A stretch of DNA of 64,000 nt, from positions 313,285 through 377,284 of the forward strand of contig CAXUKO010000005.1 in the NCBI GenBank assembly GCA_964251665.1, read 5' to 3'. The notes beneath the pieces are model-generated. The model ran no database searches. It was not told the DNA's origin and was given only the letters and a program-made list of their open reading frames with translations. Position numbers and translations under genes: made by a program. The DNA comes from an uncultured Cytophagales bacterium (lineage in GTDB: Bacteria > Bacteroidota > Bacteroidia > Cytophagales > Spirosomataceae). This document shows positions 46,268 through 56,851 of this stretch, one piece after another. Each line of letters opens with the position of its first letter. Position 1 is the first letter of the stretch.

Positions 46268-49200
46268 ATGAGGAAATTTCTATGTGTGAGCATACTGCTG
46301 ATATGCTCGCTCTGTACCGCAGCAATAGCTCAGGATCGACGAGTAGTTGGCAAAGTGACGTCAGCAGAAGATGGCTCGCCCCTGCCGGGGGTATCTGTCC
46401 TGCTAAAAGGTACGACCAAGGGAACCAGCACCGATGTCAATGGTCTTTTCGACCTGAATATCCCGTCGCCCAAAGGAGCTGTGCTGGTATTCAGTTTTGT
46501 GGGAACAGCTACCCAGGAGATCAAACTCGGCGACGAATCTGAGCTGAATGTAAGCTTAGCCTCCGACTCGCGCATTTTGAATGAAGTCGTTGTAACGGGT
46601 AGCGGGGTAGCCACCAGTAAGGCCAAATTAGGCATTTCGGTAGAGAGCGTATCGGCCAAAAGCCTGCCGCAGACCCCAACGGCCTCTATTGACCAGGCCC
46701 TGATCGGGAAGATCCCCGGCGCCCAGATTTCGTCCGTCAGCGGCAACCCCGGCGATCCGGTCAACATTGTGCTTCGGGGTATCAACACCGTGCAGGGCGG
46801 CACAAAACCACTCATCATGGTCGACGGCGTTCAGGTGGCCGCTACCGACATTAACTCCCTCGACCTGAGCAATGTAGACCGCGTTGAAGTAGTACAGGGG
46901 GCCGCTTCGGCTTCCATCTACGGAGCGCAAGGGGCCAACGGTGTTATTCAGGTGTTCACCAAAAAAGGCAAGAAAGGACGCACGGCAGTTAACTTCTCCA
47001 CCAGCTTTGCGGCCAACGAATTTATCAACAGCGGCAACGTTCACAAAGCCGAACTGCATCCGTACCTGACGGACGCCAACAACAACATTATCAATTACAA
47101 AACAGGAGCGCCGTTGACGTACAACGAGGTTGGCTCAGTTGAGGGAATCTCCTACCGCTATGGCGGAGCTGCCCGCTACGCCATTCTGGACCCCAGAAAC
47201 GTATCGAACACGCCTTACAATGCCAACCTGAAATACTACGATCAGTTCGGGCAGGTGTTTAAGACGGGTACTACGACCAACAACAACATCAACATTTCGG
47301 GGGCTTCGGAAAAGAGCGATTTTGCCATATCCGTTGCCAATAACCATACCGTCTCGTCTATTCTGAAGAACGGCTACATCGACCGCACCAACCTGACGGC
47401 CAATCTGGGTACGGAACTGTTTAAAGGATTTACGATCCGGTCGACGACCCAGCTGGTTTATACAAAAAATACCATCAAACCCGGTCTGGGCGCTGCGGGC
47501 GGCTTTTATTACGGAAAAGGCAACTCGCTGGGCGCGATCAGCTCGGCCTTTGGAGCTTCACCGTACGGCTTTTTAAACACGTCGCCTTTTTTTGATCTGA
47601 CAGCCAAGTTAGCCGATGGTACATATCCGTATTACCAGACGGCTGACTTCCTGAGTGTCAATGCGGCTAACCCGTACTATCAGCAGGAATACACGACCAG
47701 CAACGACAACAAGATCGACGTGATCCAGAACTTTGACGCCAACTACAAGGTGAACAAGTTTCTGGAACTGGATGCCAAGTACGGCCTCAACTACCGGACA
47801 GAGAACGCCCGGTGGACGTATGCCAATCAGTCGCAGAATCAGAATGCTGCGTATTATGATACCTGGATTAGCTACCAGGCTCCCGACAACAAGGGCGAAA
47901 TTGATAACTGGCAGTATAACACCACGTTCCAGAATTTTCTGGCTACGGCCTACATCCGTACCGATTTCGAGAACGATTTCCACATCAAGCTGCCTATTCA
48001 GACCAGCACGCAGATTTCGTTCGACTACCGGAACCGGAAATACAACGAATACGATACCTACGGCGTAAGTCTGGGACTGGCCCCGCCGTTCAATGTCTCG
48101 TCGACCTCCTCGCAGGCTGTCGCCCTGGATTATACCGAACCGTTTATCACCTACGGCTATCTGGTGAATCAGAAAATTGATTTTGGCGATTATGGTGGCG
48201 TAACGGCCGGTTTCCGCTCCGATTACTCGTCGGCTTTTGGGGGTGGATCTACGCCCTTTACCTTCCCGCACTTCGACGGCCATATTCTGCCGTTCTCTTT
48301 CATGAAAAACAGCAGCATCAACAATACGCTGTCGTATTTTAAACTGCGGGCGGCCTATGGCGAAGCCGGTATTCAGCCGGGTGCGTTCGACCGGTATTCG
48401 GTTCTGAACCAGCAAAATCTGGGGTCGGGGCTGGTGTACACCGTACCGATTGCGCCCAACAACCCCAACCTGAAGGTAGAAGTATCCAAGGAGTTTGAAG
48501 CAGGGACTGATTTTACGATCAATGCCAATCAGGGCAGCCCGTGGTTCAACGCCATCAACAGTTCGTTTACGTACTGGCGCCGGAAGAGTGCCAACGTTAT
48601 TTACACAGTAAGCACGCCCCCCTCGCTGGGCGGAACCGGGCAGTTGACCAATGCCATCGATATGTCGTCGAACGGGGTGCAGTTCTCGCTGAACATACCC
48701 ATTTATAATTCCAAGAACCTGAAGTGGGATTTCACGACCAACGTGGGTCATCAGCTCTCGAAGATTGATGCCATCGCGGGCGGTGCCGATATTATCCTGA
48801 CGTCGAGTGCGGGTAGTACGGCGCTGGTGTTGACACCGGGCCAGCCCATTGGCCAGATCTACGGCTACAAGGCCCTGACCAGTTTAGACTACACCCGTAA
48901 GGATGGCACCCGCTATATTGCTGAGGGCGATGCCGCCAACTACACACTCGTGGATGGCCGGGTGGTGAACAAAGCCACGAAAGGCATTCAGTTTACGGAC
49001 GAAACCTATCCGTTGATGAACCCCAATCCGAAGTTCAACGCTTCGTTTATCAACGGCGTAACGTTCAAAGATTTCCTGACCCTGAACTTCCAGTTCGACT
49101 GGGTATACGGCAATCACCTGTATAACCAGACGAAAGAATGGATGTACCGCGATGGCATACACGGCGATTTTGCCAAGCCGGTAACCATCGATGGTCAGAC

Positions 49201-49546
49201 CGGTGCCTACACCGCCTACTGGGCCAGTGCCTACTATGGTTTGTGGGGTAGCTTGTCCGGTGCCGGTAACAATGCAACGAAAGACTTCTTCGTGGAAGAT
49301 GCTTCGTTTCTGCGGTTGCGAAACGTAGCGCTGGCCTTTGATCTCGCCAAAGTTGTCAAGTTGCCTTACCTAAACCGGTGCCAGCTGGTGCTGACCGGCC
49401 GCAACCTGCTGACCGTTACCAAGTATACCGGATTCGATCCTGAAATTAGTTCGGGAGCCTCCAACTCGTCCTTCGACCGGGGTGTCGATCACAGCACCCT
49501 GCCCAATACCAAGTCGTATCAGGTTGGCCTGAACATTGGGTTTTAA
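46268..49546 (+). CDS. SusC/RagA-family TonB-dependent outer-membrane transporter (module 1)
   Basis: 1092 aa. Signal peptide, CarboxypepD_reg-like N-domain (GKVTSAEDGSPLPGVSVLLKGT), plug, large barrel and a terminal ...YQVGLNIGF. Confidence 0.92.
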   Translation: MRKFLCVSILLICSLCTAAIAQDRRVVGKVTSAEDGSPLPGVSVLLKGTTKGTSTDVNGLFDLNIPSPKGAVLVFSFVGTATQEIKLGDESELNVSLASDSRILNEVVVTGSGVATSKAKLGISVESVSAKSLPQTPTASIDQALIGKIPGAQISSVSGNPGDPVNIVLRGINTVQGGTKPLIMVDGVQVAATDINSLDLSNVDRVEVVQGAASASIYGAQGANGVIQVFTKKGKKGRTAVNFSTSFAANEFINSGNVHKAELHPYLTDANNNIINYKTGAPLTYNEVGSVEGISYRYGGAARYAILDPRNVSNTPYNANLKYYDQFGQVFKTGTTTNNNINISGASEKSDFAISVANNHTVSSILKNGYIDRTNLTANLGTELFKGFTIRSTTQLVYTKNTIKPGLGAAGGFYYGKGNSLGAISSAFGASPYGFLNTSPFFDLTAKLADGTYPYYQTADFLSVNAANPYYQQEYTTSNDNKIDVIQNFDANYKVNKFLELDAKYGLNYRTENARWTYANQSQNQNAAYYDTWISYQAPDNKGEIDNWQYNTTFQNFLATAYIRTDFENDFHIKLPIQTSTQISFDYRNRKYNEYDTYGVSLGLAPPFNVSSTSSQAVALDYTEPFITYGYLVNQKIDFGDYGGVTAGFRSDYSSAFGGGSTPFTFPHFDGHILPFSFMKNSSINNTLSYFKLRAAYGEAGIQPGAFDRYSVLNQQNLGSGLVYTVPIAPNNPNLKVEVSKEFEAGTDFTINANQGSPWFNAINSSFTYWRRKSANVIYTVSTPPSLGGTGQLTNAIDMSSNGVQFSLNIPIYNSKNLKWDFTTNVGHQLSKIDAIAGGADIILTSSAGSTALVLTPGQPIGQIYGYKALTSLDYTRKDGTRYIAEGDAANYTLVDGRVVNKATKGIQFTDETYPLMNPNPKFNASFINGVTFKDFLTLNFQFDWVYGNHLYNQTKEWMYRDGIHGDFAKPVTIDGQTGAYTAYWASAYYGLWGSLSGAGNNATKDFFVEDASFLRLRNVALAFDLAKVVKLPYLNRCQLVLTGRNLLTVTKYTGFDPEISSGASNSSFDRGVDHSTLPNTKSYQVGLNIGF

Positions 49547-49564
49547 CGTTTAATCTCCCGACAC

Positions 49565-51262
49565 ATGACACGTTTCAAAAACTATAAGTTTGTGTATACG
49601 GCCTGTTTAACGGCCATTTTGCTGAGTACGGTTTCCTGTAAAGATCAGCTGGACGTGGGCAACCCGAACGCCCCGACTATTGCCGCTAACGTTAATACCG
49701 AAACCGGCCTTATCTCCCTGGCGCAGGGCGGTGTGTACGTCAACGGCTTTGCCAATGGTGATGCCTGGCTTGGCAACAGCTACTTTTCATTGCCCTGGGG
49801 TTACAGCGAACTGATGGCCGATCTGGTAGGTGCCGATGCCTCCAACAACCAGGTTACTACTATTGGTCAGCCGGACTATATTATTCTGGATAACGGCAAG
49901 AAAGTTTCCAACTCATCGCCCCAGATAAGCATTATCCGGTCGTATAACAGCCGGGCCGCAACGGGCGCGGGCAACAACGCCATTTATTACCAGTGGCTCA
50001 ACATGTACGCCATGAACAATGCCTGCAACACGGTTTTAAGCCTCGTTGATGGGATCAAGTTCTCGGGCGATGCGGCCAGCCGGTCAAATACCATTAAAGC
50101 CTGGGCTTACTGGTGGAAAGGTTACGCCTATGCTTCCATCGGGTCGATGTACTACGCGGGCCTGATTGAAGATCAGAGTGGTGTCACCAATGGTAATTAT
50201 GTGCTGCACGATGCCATTATAACAGAGTCCAATAAGTACTTCAACCTAGCGGCAACCACTCTGGGTGCCATCACCAGCGCCAGCGACTATGCCGATGTGT
50301 TGGGCCAGCTGATTCCAGCGGGCAACCAGGTCGGGCACGGTGGTGTGCCAACGGTGGATATGTGGAAACGGAACATCAATACGATGCTGGCCCGGAATAT
50401 TCTGGTGAACAAACTGGCACCCTTCGTAAACGGTAATCCAAACGCCATGATCACCAAGTCGTCGACTACCAATATGACGGCCGCCGACTGGACCACTGTC
50501 CTGACCCTCACGACGAATGGGATTAAACCGACGGATAACGTCTTTACGGGCAGAAGCACCGCCAACAACGCCTTCTTTACCGCGTCGGGTGGTACCGTTA
50601 CGTCGTTGCTGGCCAGTGTAAATACCACGTCTACCTTTAAACCGAGCGAGCGGCTGATTCAAAACTTCAATGCCGGGGATAAACGGCTGGCCAACAATTT
50701 CAATACCACAACCACCTACAAAAACAACTATATCTACACAACACGGTATAGCCTGATTGACGGGGGCAGCGGCATGAACGGCGTTTATATGTACGGCAGC
50801 AAAACAGTGGGGGCCTACGAAGTCTTTATTGCCGGCAGCTACGAGGAGAACGCGCTGATGCAGGCCGAAGCCAATATGCGTTTGGGCAATATAGAAGCGG
50901 GTCTGGCGCTGGTCGATGCTGAGCGGGCATATCAGGGCGCGGGTGTTGCCGCCGTTGCCGGTACCGGCCTGACGCTGTCGGGTGCCCTTACGCAGCTGAC
51001 CAGAGAGCGCCGGGTCGCCCTGTTCGGCCGGGGCCTGTCTTACTATGACAGTCGGCGCTGGGGCTGGATCTACGATATTGCCAACGGGGGCGGCAGCTAC
51101 GGCAATACGGTAGAATACGTTAACCCAGCGTCTGGAGTCATCGAGTCGAATACCAACGTTACCATTAACTACAATTTCCTGGATTATTGGGATGTCCCCG
51201 CCGACGAATCGGTCCTGAACCCCTCTACGTCCGGTGTGGCCACGAAAAACCCGAATTTCTAA
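49565..51262 (+). CDS. SusD/RagB-family outer-membrane lipoprotein (module 1)
   Basis: Lipobox LSTVSC, 565 aa, immediately downstream of SusC, with a helical TPR-like SusD pattern. Confidence 0.88.
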   Translation: MTRFKNYKFVYTACLTAILLSTVSCKDQLDVGNPNAPTIAANVNTETGLISLAQGGVYVNGFANGDAWLGNSYFSLPWGYSELMADLVGADASNNQVTTIGQPDYIILDNGKKVSNSSPQISIIRSYNSRAATGAGNNAIYYQWLNMYAMNNACNTVLSLVDGIKFSGDAASRSNTIKAWAYWWKGYAYASIGSMYYAGLIEDQSGVTNGNYVLHDAIITESNKYFNLAATTLGAITSASDYADVLGQLIPAGNQVGHGGVPTVDMWKRNINTMLARNILVNKLAPFVNGNPNAMITKSSTTNMTAADWTTVLTLTTNGIKPTDNVFTGRSTANNAFFTASGGTVTSLLASVNTTSTFKPSERLIQNFNAGDKRLANNFNTTTTYKNNYIYTTRYSLIDGGSGMNGVYMYGSKTVGAYEVFIAGSYEENALMQAEANMRLGNIEAGLALVDAERAYQGAGVAAVAGTGLTLSGALTQLTRERRVALFGRGLSYYDSRRWGWIYDIANGGGSYGNTVEYVNPASGVIESNTNVTINYNFLDYWDVPADESVLNPSTSGVATKNPNF

Positions 51263-51279
51263 CTACTACCGGCTTCCTT

Positions 51280-51323
51280 ACGCAGAAAGACCGGCTCGCT
51301 CAGGCGAGCCGGTCTTTCTGCGT
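51280..51323 (+). terminator. strong hairpin terminator after module 1
   Basis: acgcagaaagaccggctcgc-tcag-gcgagccggtctttctgcgt, a 20-bp perfect stem. Confidence 0.75.
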
Positions 51324-51579
51324 TCAGGCAATCCAGTCATTCATGGGTGGCCAGGTAATTGTTTACGGCCAATACGAAATCTGTCAGGCAGCGGTCATCG
51401 CCGGATGTCGGGTTCGCATAGTTCTGTTTGAGGGTCGGCAACGAATGCGTTTTGTACATTTTCCTGTTACACGAACATTACTTACTGACAGCTATAGTGG
51501 TTTGCTTCTATGGTCAGTGCAATGTTTTAGATTATGAGTACAAAATAGGGTTTATTAACTGGCAAATTCACGAGATTAG

Positions 51580-51735
51580 TAAGTATTATACTTAAGTATT
51601 GTTTACATACTTACAAAATAATGTTTGCTACTTGAGGACTAAAAGCAAATTATATATATATCACTAAAAAAAGAACTTATAATTTGTTATGTTTTTTCTA
51701 TTGATTAAGTTTGCAGTAAGAAATTCGTTTTCTTA
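51580..51735 (+). promoter_or_regulatory. conserved regulatory leader of SusC/SusD module 2
   Basis: TAAGTAT at 51580 and 51593, -33-like TTTG at 51683-51686, -7 box TAAGTTTG at 51706-51713 (19-nt spacer), and the 5'-UTR hairpin taagaaa/tttctta at 51717-51735. Confidence 0.55.
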
Positions 51736-51753
51736 ACCTAAAACAAACTATAA

Positions 51754-54700
51754 ATGAGGAGATTTCTACTAATGGGTTTACTGCTTGTAGGCTCATTCTG
51801 GACCACCGTAATGGCTCAGGACAGGAAGGTAACGGGTAAAGTTACCAGTGCAGAAGACGGCTCGGGCCTGCCCGGCGTCTCAGTTGTAGTAAAAGGATCA
51901 ACCAAAGGGTCCACTACGGACGCCGATGGTAATTATTCCTTATCGGTGCCGGACAAAGGCGGCAAACTGGTATATAGTTTTGTCGGTGCTATCAGTCAGG
52001 ACGTAGAGATTGGCAACCAGGCAATCATCAACGTGAAGCTGGTATCAGACACCCGGCTTCTGTCGGAGGTAGTCGTAACCGGGGTTGGCGTAGCTACTAC
52101 CAAAGCCAAACTGGGCATTGCTGTAGAATCTGTCTCAGCTAAAGATTTACCACCCGCCCCAACGGCTTCCATTGATCAGGCTTTGGTTGGTAAAATCGCC
52201 GGTGCGCAGATCGTAAGTGCCAATGGTACGCCGGGGTCAAAAGCCAACATTCTGCTGCGGGGGATCAATACTGTAAACCGGGGAACGGCACCTATTGTGC
52301 TGCTGGATGGCGTACAGGTTGCAGCTACGGACATCAACTCACTGGACCTGAGCAGCGTTGACCGGGTTGAAGTCGTTCAGGGTGCGGCTGCCTCAACGCT
52401 TTACGGCGCACAGGGCGCCAATGGCGTCATTCAGATTTTCAGCAAGCGCGGGGCAGACGGCCCGATTCGGGTTAGTTTCTCCAATAGCTACGCTGAAAAC
52501 ACGTACCTCAATATTGGCAACGTCCATAAAGCCGACAAACACGCTTTCGCCACTGACGCCAGTAATAATGTAATCGGCGTATCGGGTAAGCCCATTACGC
52601 TTGATCCAAACACACTCCGGTGGAGCGAAAACGTGCAGTACAGTGCGCTGGACCCGAACGGTAACGCCAACAAGCCATACGACAAGAATCTACAGTATTA
52701 CGATCACTTCTCTACGTTCTTAACGCCATCGAAAACGATCAACAATTCGGTAAACATATCGGGTGGCAACGCTAAGTCGGATTTCAGCATAACGCTGTCA
52801 AATAGCTATCAGTCAAGCCCGATCCGGAATAACGGCGAGTTTGACCGGAGCAACTTAGTCAGTAACCTCGGCGTAACGCTGGCCAAAAACCTGACCCTGC
52901 GTAGTGTGTCGCAGTTGGTATATACTAAAAACGACCTGAAAGTAAATGACCGCGACCTGCTGTATTCGCTGAACAACACCCGGCCCTTTGCTAACTACGA
53001 CCAGAAGGATGTTGATGGTAACTACGGCGCGTACTTTGGCGATGCCTCAGGGGTAAACGCCTACAACCCGAACTACCGGCAGCAGTACCTGAGTCACAAA
53101 GACAATAAAGTTGATTTGATCCAGAGCTTCAACCTGACGTACAGCCCGATCAAGTTTCTGGATCTGAATGCCCGCTATGGCCTTAACTATCAAACCGATG
53201 TTAATCGCTACACGTACGGCAATCAGTCGCAGAACCGAAATATTATGGTGGACCCGAGTTACTATACAGGTCTCAACGCACCGGACGAAAAAGGAGAGGT
53301 CAGTGATTATAATTCCAAGACAGTCTTCCAGAATGCCTTTACCAGTGCGACAATAAAGACTGATTTTAAGGAAGATTTCAACATCAACCTGCCTATTCGC
53401 ACTACTACGCTACTTGGTTTCGATTACCGGAAAAACGTCTTCAGCGAATACAACACCTATGGCGCTGGCCTGCCGCTGTACAGCCCGGTTACAGCCGCTC
53501 AGGCAGGTACTTACCGGATTACGAGAGACAACGTAACGCCATTTATTACCTACGGCTACCTGGCCAGTCAGAACATCGAGTTTGGCGAGTTCGGCGGAGT
53601 AACGGGTACCTACCGCAGCGATTATTCGTCGGCGTTCGGGCGCGGCTCCACGCCGTTTGGTTTCCCGGCGGCCAACGCCCACATCCGGCCATCATCGTTC
53701 AATTTCTGGCAAAACAGCCCGCTGGGCCAGTTCATACCCGAGTTTAAACTGCGGGCAGCTTATGGCGAGGCTGGTATTCAGCCCCAGCCGTTTGATCGCT
53801 ATGTAACCCTGAGCACGAAGACACTGGGAACTAATAATGTGTTTTATGCCGGTTCGACGCAGAACAATCCCGACCTGAACGTTGAAGTATCGAAAGAACT
53901 TGAGCTTGGTACGGACTTCACCCTAAAAGGCGGAAATGGTGACTGGCTGCGCCGGTTGAATTTCTCGTTCAGTTACTGGAAACGCAGCACCGACAATTCG
54001 ATTTATAACGTAGATGCGGCTCCGTCGTCGGGTATTGGCAAACTGAAAGACAATGCTTTTGGACTGGCCTCCCACGGACTTCAGTTCTCGCTGAACACCA
54101 CGCTGTATAGAGGGAAAGACTTTACCTGGGATTTCGTAACCAACTTTGGCCGACAGACTTCGGAAATCACCTCGGTAAAGGGTAACGCCCAGATTACCGT
54201 TACGTCCAGTGCGGGCAGTACGAACTATGTGCTGAAAGCGGGTCAGAAAATAGGGCAGTTATTTGGCTTTGTGGCCATCCGTGACCTGAACCAGATTCTG
54301 CCTGATGGCACGGCAGCCATTGCCGAAGCTAACAAGGGACTCTACGAACTGGCGAGCAACGGCTATGTGGTTAACAAAACGACCAAGCAGCCCCTGTTCA
54401 GTTCCAAGCAGTACAGTTTTGGTGATCCGAACCCAACGTTTACCTCGTCGTTCATCAACACGGTATCGTTCCGTAACCTCGTGACGCTGAACTTCCAGTT
54501 CGACTGGACGCAGGGCAGTCACGTGTACAACCAGACTAAAGAATGGATGTACCGCGACGGTATCAGCTCGGACTACACCAATCCGTTCACGGTTAATGGC
54601 CAAACGGGTGCCTGGACTGCTTTTTACCGGGGCGTATACCAGGCCGGAGCCAACAACGGTACCAAGAACTACTTCTACGAAGATGCGTCGTTTGTGCGGC

Positions 54701-54942
54701 TGCGGAACGTGTCGCTGCGCTTCGACCTGGCCAAAGCGCTGCCCCGTCTGCCTTTCCGGAACCTGCAACTTGAGTTGAGCGGCCGGAACCTGCTGACCTG
54801 GACCAAGTACACGGGTATGGACCCCGAAGTGAGTTCGGGTCAGACAACGGGTAACGAAAACTCTGCCTTCGACCGTGGTACCGATCACAACACCATGCCG
54901 AACCTGCGCTCGTATCAGGTTGGCCTGAACTTCGGCTTCTAA
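51754..54942 (+). CDS. SusC/RagA-family TonB-dependent transporter (module 2, paralogue of module 1)
   Basis: 1062 aa, collinear with the module 1 SusC (GKVTSAEDGSGLPGVSVVVKGS ... YQVGLNFGF). Confidence 0.92.
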   Translation: MRRFLLMGLLLVGSFWTTVMAQDRKVTGKVTSAEDGSGLPGVSVVVKGSTKGSTTDADGNYSLSVPDKGGKLVYSFVGAISQDVEIGNQAIINVKLVSDTRLLSEVVVTGVGVATTKAKLGIAVESVSAKDLPPAPTASIDQALVGKIAGAQIVSANGTPGSKANILLRGINTVNRGTAPIVLLDGVQVAATDINSLDLSSVDRVEVVQGAAASTLYGAQGANGVIQIFSKRGADGPIRVSFSNSYAENTYLNIGNVHKADKHAFATDASNNVIGVSGKPITLDPNTLRWSENVQYSALDPNGNANKPYDKNLQYYDHFSTFLTPSKTINNSVNISGGNAKSDFSITLSNSYQSSPIRNNGEFDRSNLVSNLGVTLAKNLTLRSVSQLVYTKNDLKVNDRDLLYSLNNTRPFANYDQKDVDGNYGAYFGDASGVNAYNPNYRQQYLSHKDNKVDLIQSFNLTYSPIKFLDLNARYGLNYQTDVNRYTYGNQSQNRNIMVDPSYYTGLNAPDEKGEVSDYNSKTVFQNAFTSATIKTDFKEDFNINLPIRTTTLLGFDYRKNVFSEYNTYGAGLPLYSPVTAAQAGTYRITRDNVTPFITYGYLASQNIEFGEFGGVTGTYRSDYSSAFGRGSTPFGFPAANAHIRPSSFNFWQNSPLGQFIPEFKLRAAYGEAGIQPQPFDRYVTLSTKTLGTNNVFYAGSTQNNPDLNVEVSKELELGTDFTLKGGNGDWLRRLNFSFSYWKRSTDNSIYNVDAAPSSGIGKLKDNAFGLASHGLQFSLNTTLYRGKDFTWDFVTNFGRQTSEITSVKGNAQITVTSSAGSTNYVLKAGQKIGQLFGFVAIRDLNQILPDGTAAIAEANKGLYELASNGYVVNKTTKQPLFSSKQYSFGDPNPTFTSSFINTVSFRNLVTLNFQFDWTQGSHVYNQTKEWMYRDGISSDYTNPFTVNGQTGAWTAFYRGVYQAGANNGTKNYFYEDASFVRLRNVSLRFDLAKALPRLPFRNLQLELSGRNLLTWTKYTGMDPEVSSGQTTGNENSAFDRGTDHNTMPNLRSYQVGLNFGF

Positions 54943-54969
54943 ACAGTCAATCATCCTCGAATCGAATTC

Positions 54970-56610
54970 ATGAAAACAACATATTTTAAAAATACCCTGC
55001 TGACCGTAGCCGCCACCGGCTTGCTGATGGCCTGTAGCACGGATATATTGGACGTTAAGAACCCCAACCAGCCGACTCCTTCCAGTGCGGCCACCGAAGT
55101 TGGTGTGATCTCCCTGGGTCAGGGCTCGGTTTATGTCAATGGCATGGGCAACTCCCTCGACGGGTTTAAATACTACGACGGCGTACCGGGTGGTTTCTGG
55201 ACAGGCGCTATTGGTTTCCACGAACTGATGGGCGATGAAATTGGCGAAGAAGCAGCCAATGACTTCGGCAACCAGATCGGCATGCCCGACATGGTGACGC
55301 TGGACGATGGCACGAAAGTGGCCAACCCAAGTTCCGTGAACACGCAGGTGGGTCTGCTGCGGACGGTGAACGTAAACGCACAGGGTGCCTCCAACCCACT
55401 CTATTACGAATGGGCGTATATGTACAACCTCAACAACGGCATGAATTCGGTGCTGGAGATTGCGGCCAACACCAAGTTTACGGGCGATGGAGCGGCCAAA
55501 CTTAACACCATTAAGGCCTGGGCATACTGGTGGAAAGGCTACGCCTACTCGCGGCTCGGCTCAATTTACGTGGCCGCGTTGATCAACGACAAGTCAGCTA
55601 CTACCAACGGTAACTACGTTGTCAAGGAGAAAATCATTGATGAAGCCACCAAGAACTTTGATCTGGCGGTGACGGCGTTGACAGCTTTAGGCGCGGGCGG
55701 TACCGATTACACAGCCGTGATGGAAGGATTGATTCCTGCTTTCAATCGGGTGGGTAAAGGCCTGGTTCCATCGCCGGCTGAATGGAAGCGGAACATCAAC
55801 ACCATGAAAGCCCGCAACATTCTGGTGAATACGACTACCAAAACCATGTCTGCCGCACAGTGGGGTCAGATTCTAACCCTGGCCAACGACGGCATAACAG
55901 CTACCGACCGAGTATTTACGGGCCGCTCCAATGACAATGGTGATTTCATAAACCGGCTTAGTGGAAACATTGCCGCCAAATCCTTCGGTCCAACCGGCGG
56001 AACCTATAAAATCAGCGAACGCCTGATTCAGGATTTCCCGGCGGGCGACAAGCGCTTGGACAATAACTTCACGAAGTCGGCATCGGCCATTCTGTTCAAT
56101 CAGGACCGGGGTAACTCGTTCAACACGCGCTGGACCATCGCAGACGGCGGCAAGGGCTTACCGGGCGTAGTTGTGCTGAACAACCGGGCGGTGGGCGCAT
56201 ACGAACTGTACCTGGCGGGTACCTACGAAGAAAACGAACTGATGAAGGCGGAAGCTAAATTGTACACCGGTGATATAGCCGGTGGGTTAGCCTCTATCGA
56301 CGCCGTTCGGACGTTTCAGGGTGCTGGTTTAGCGGCTCTGTCGGGTCTGTCACTGGACGCGGCTAAGGAAGAACTCCGCAAGGAACGCCGGGTTGGCCTG
56401 GCATTCCGGGGTCTTTCTTTCTACGATGCTCGCCGGATGGGCGTGATCACTGATGGCCGTAAAGGAGCTGTGGTGGTAGACAAAGCCGGTAAGGTTAGCA
56501 CCAACGCAACAATCAATTACAACTTCGTACCGTACTGGGATGTACCCGATAACGAATTGGCGTATAATCCGGCCGCTGCGGGCAGTGCACCCACAACGCT
56601 GTTAAAGTAA
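54970..56610 (+). CDS. SusD/RagB-family lipoprotein (module 2, paralogue of module 1)
   Basis: Lipobox LLMACS. It shares blocks with the module 1 SusD (NTIKAWAYWWKGYAY, WKRNINTM.ARNILVN, ERLIQ.F.AGDKRL.NNF). Confidence 0.88.
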   Translation: MKTTYFKNTLLTVAATGLLMACSTDILDVKNPNQPTPSSAATEVGVISLGQGSVYVNGMGNSLDGFKYYDGVPGGFWTGAIGFHELMGDEIGEEAANDFGNQIGMPDMVTLDDGTKVANPSSVNTQVGLLRTVNVNAQGASNPLYYEWAYMYNLNNGMNSVLEIAANTKFTGDGAAKLNTIKAWAYWWKGYAYSRLGSIYVAALINDKSATTNGNYVVKEKIIDEATKNFDLAVTALTALGAGGTDYTAVMEGLIPAFNRVGKGLVPSPAEWKRNINTMKARNILVNTTTKTMSAAQWGQILTLANDGITATDRVFTGRSNDNGDFINRLSGNIAAKSFGPTGGTYKISERLIQDFPAGDKRLDNNFTKSASAILFNQDRGNSFNTRWTIADGGKGLPGVVVLNNRAVGAYELYLAGTYEENELMKAEAKLYTGDIAGGLASIDAVRTFQGAGLAALSGLSLDAAKEELRKERRVGLAFRGLSFYDARRMGVITDGRKGAVVVDKAGKVSTNATINYNFVPYWDVPDNELAYNPAAAGSAPTTLLK

Positions 56611-56630
56611 AAAGACAATTTATCCGGTAA

Positions 56631-56664
56631 AAAGGGTTGCCTCCTAGGAGGCAACCCTTTTTTT
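56631..56664 (+). terminator. rho-independent terminator after module 2
   Basis: aaagggttgcctcc-ta-ggaggcaacccttt followed by a T-run. Confidence 0.85.
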
Positions 56665-56851
56665 GTTTTTATGAAGACAATTCTAATTTTTAGTTGTATT
56701 TCTTTGGCAAATCGTTGTAAATAGGTCAAATAACGCCTACTTTGTCTATCCGTTCAATCAAAAAAGGTTTGTAATCAGAAAAACACCTCTTAAATCAACT
56801 GAGCGGTACTACCAGTTTAAACCTAATTTTTCAGTTAACAAAACTCACTTC

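Noticed and set aside
47609-48751. 380-aa minus-strand ORF inside the SusC module 1 gene
   Set aside because: It is antisense to a well-supported TonB-dependent transporter gene. Its composition is Arg/Gly/Val-rich and low-complexity, typical of a stop-free antisense frame. There is no independent start context.
54259-55221. 320-aa minus-strand ORF spanning the SusC2/SusD2 junction
   Set aside because: It is antisense to two strongly supported genes and has no recognisable motif.
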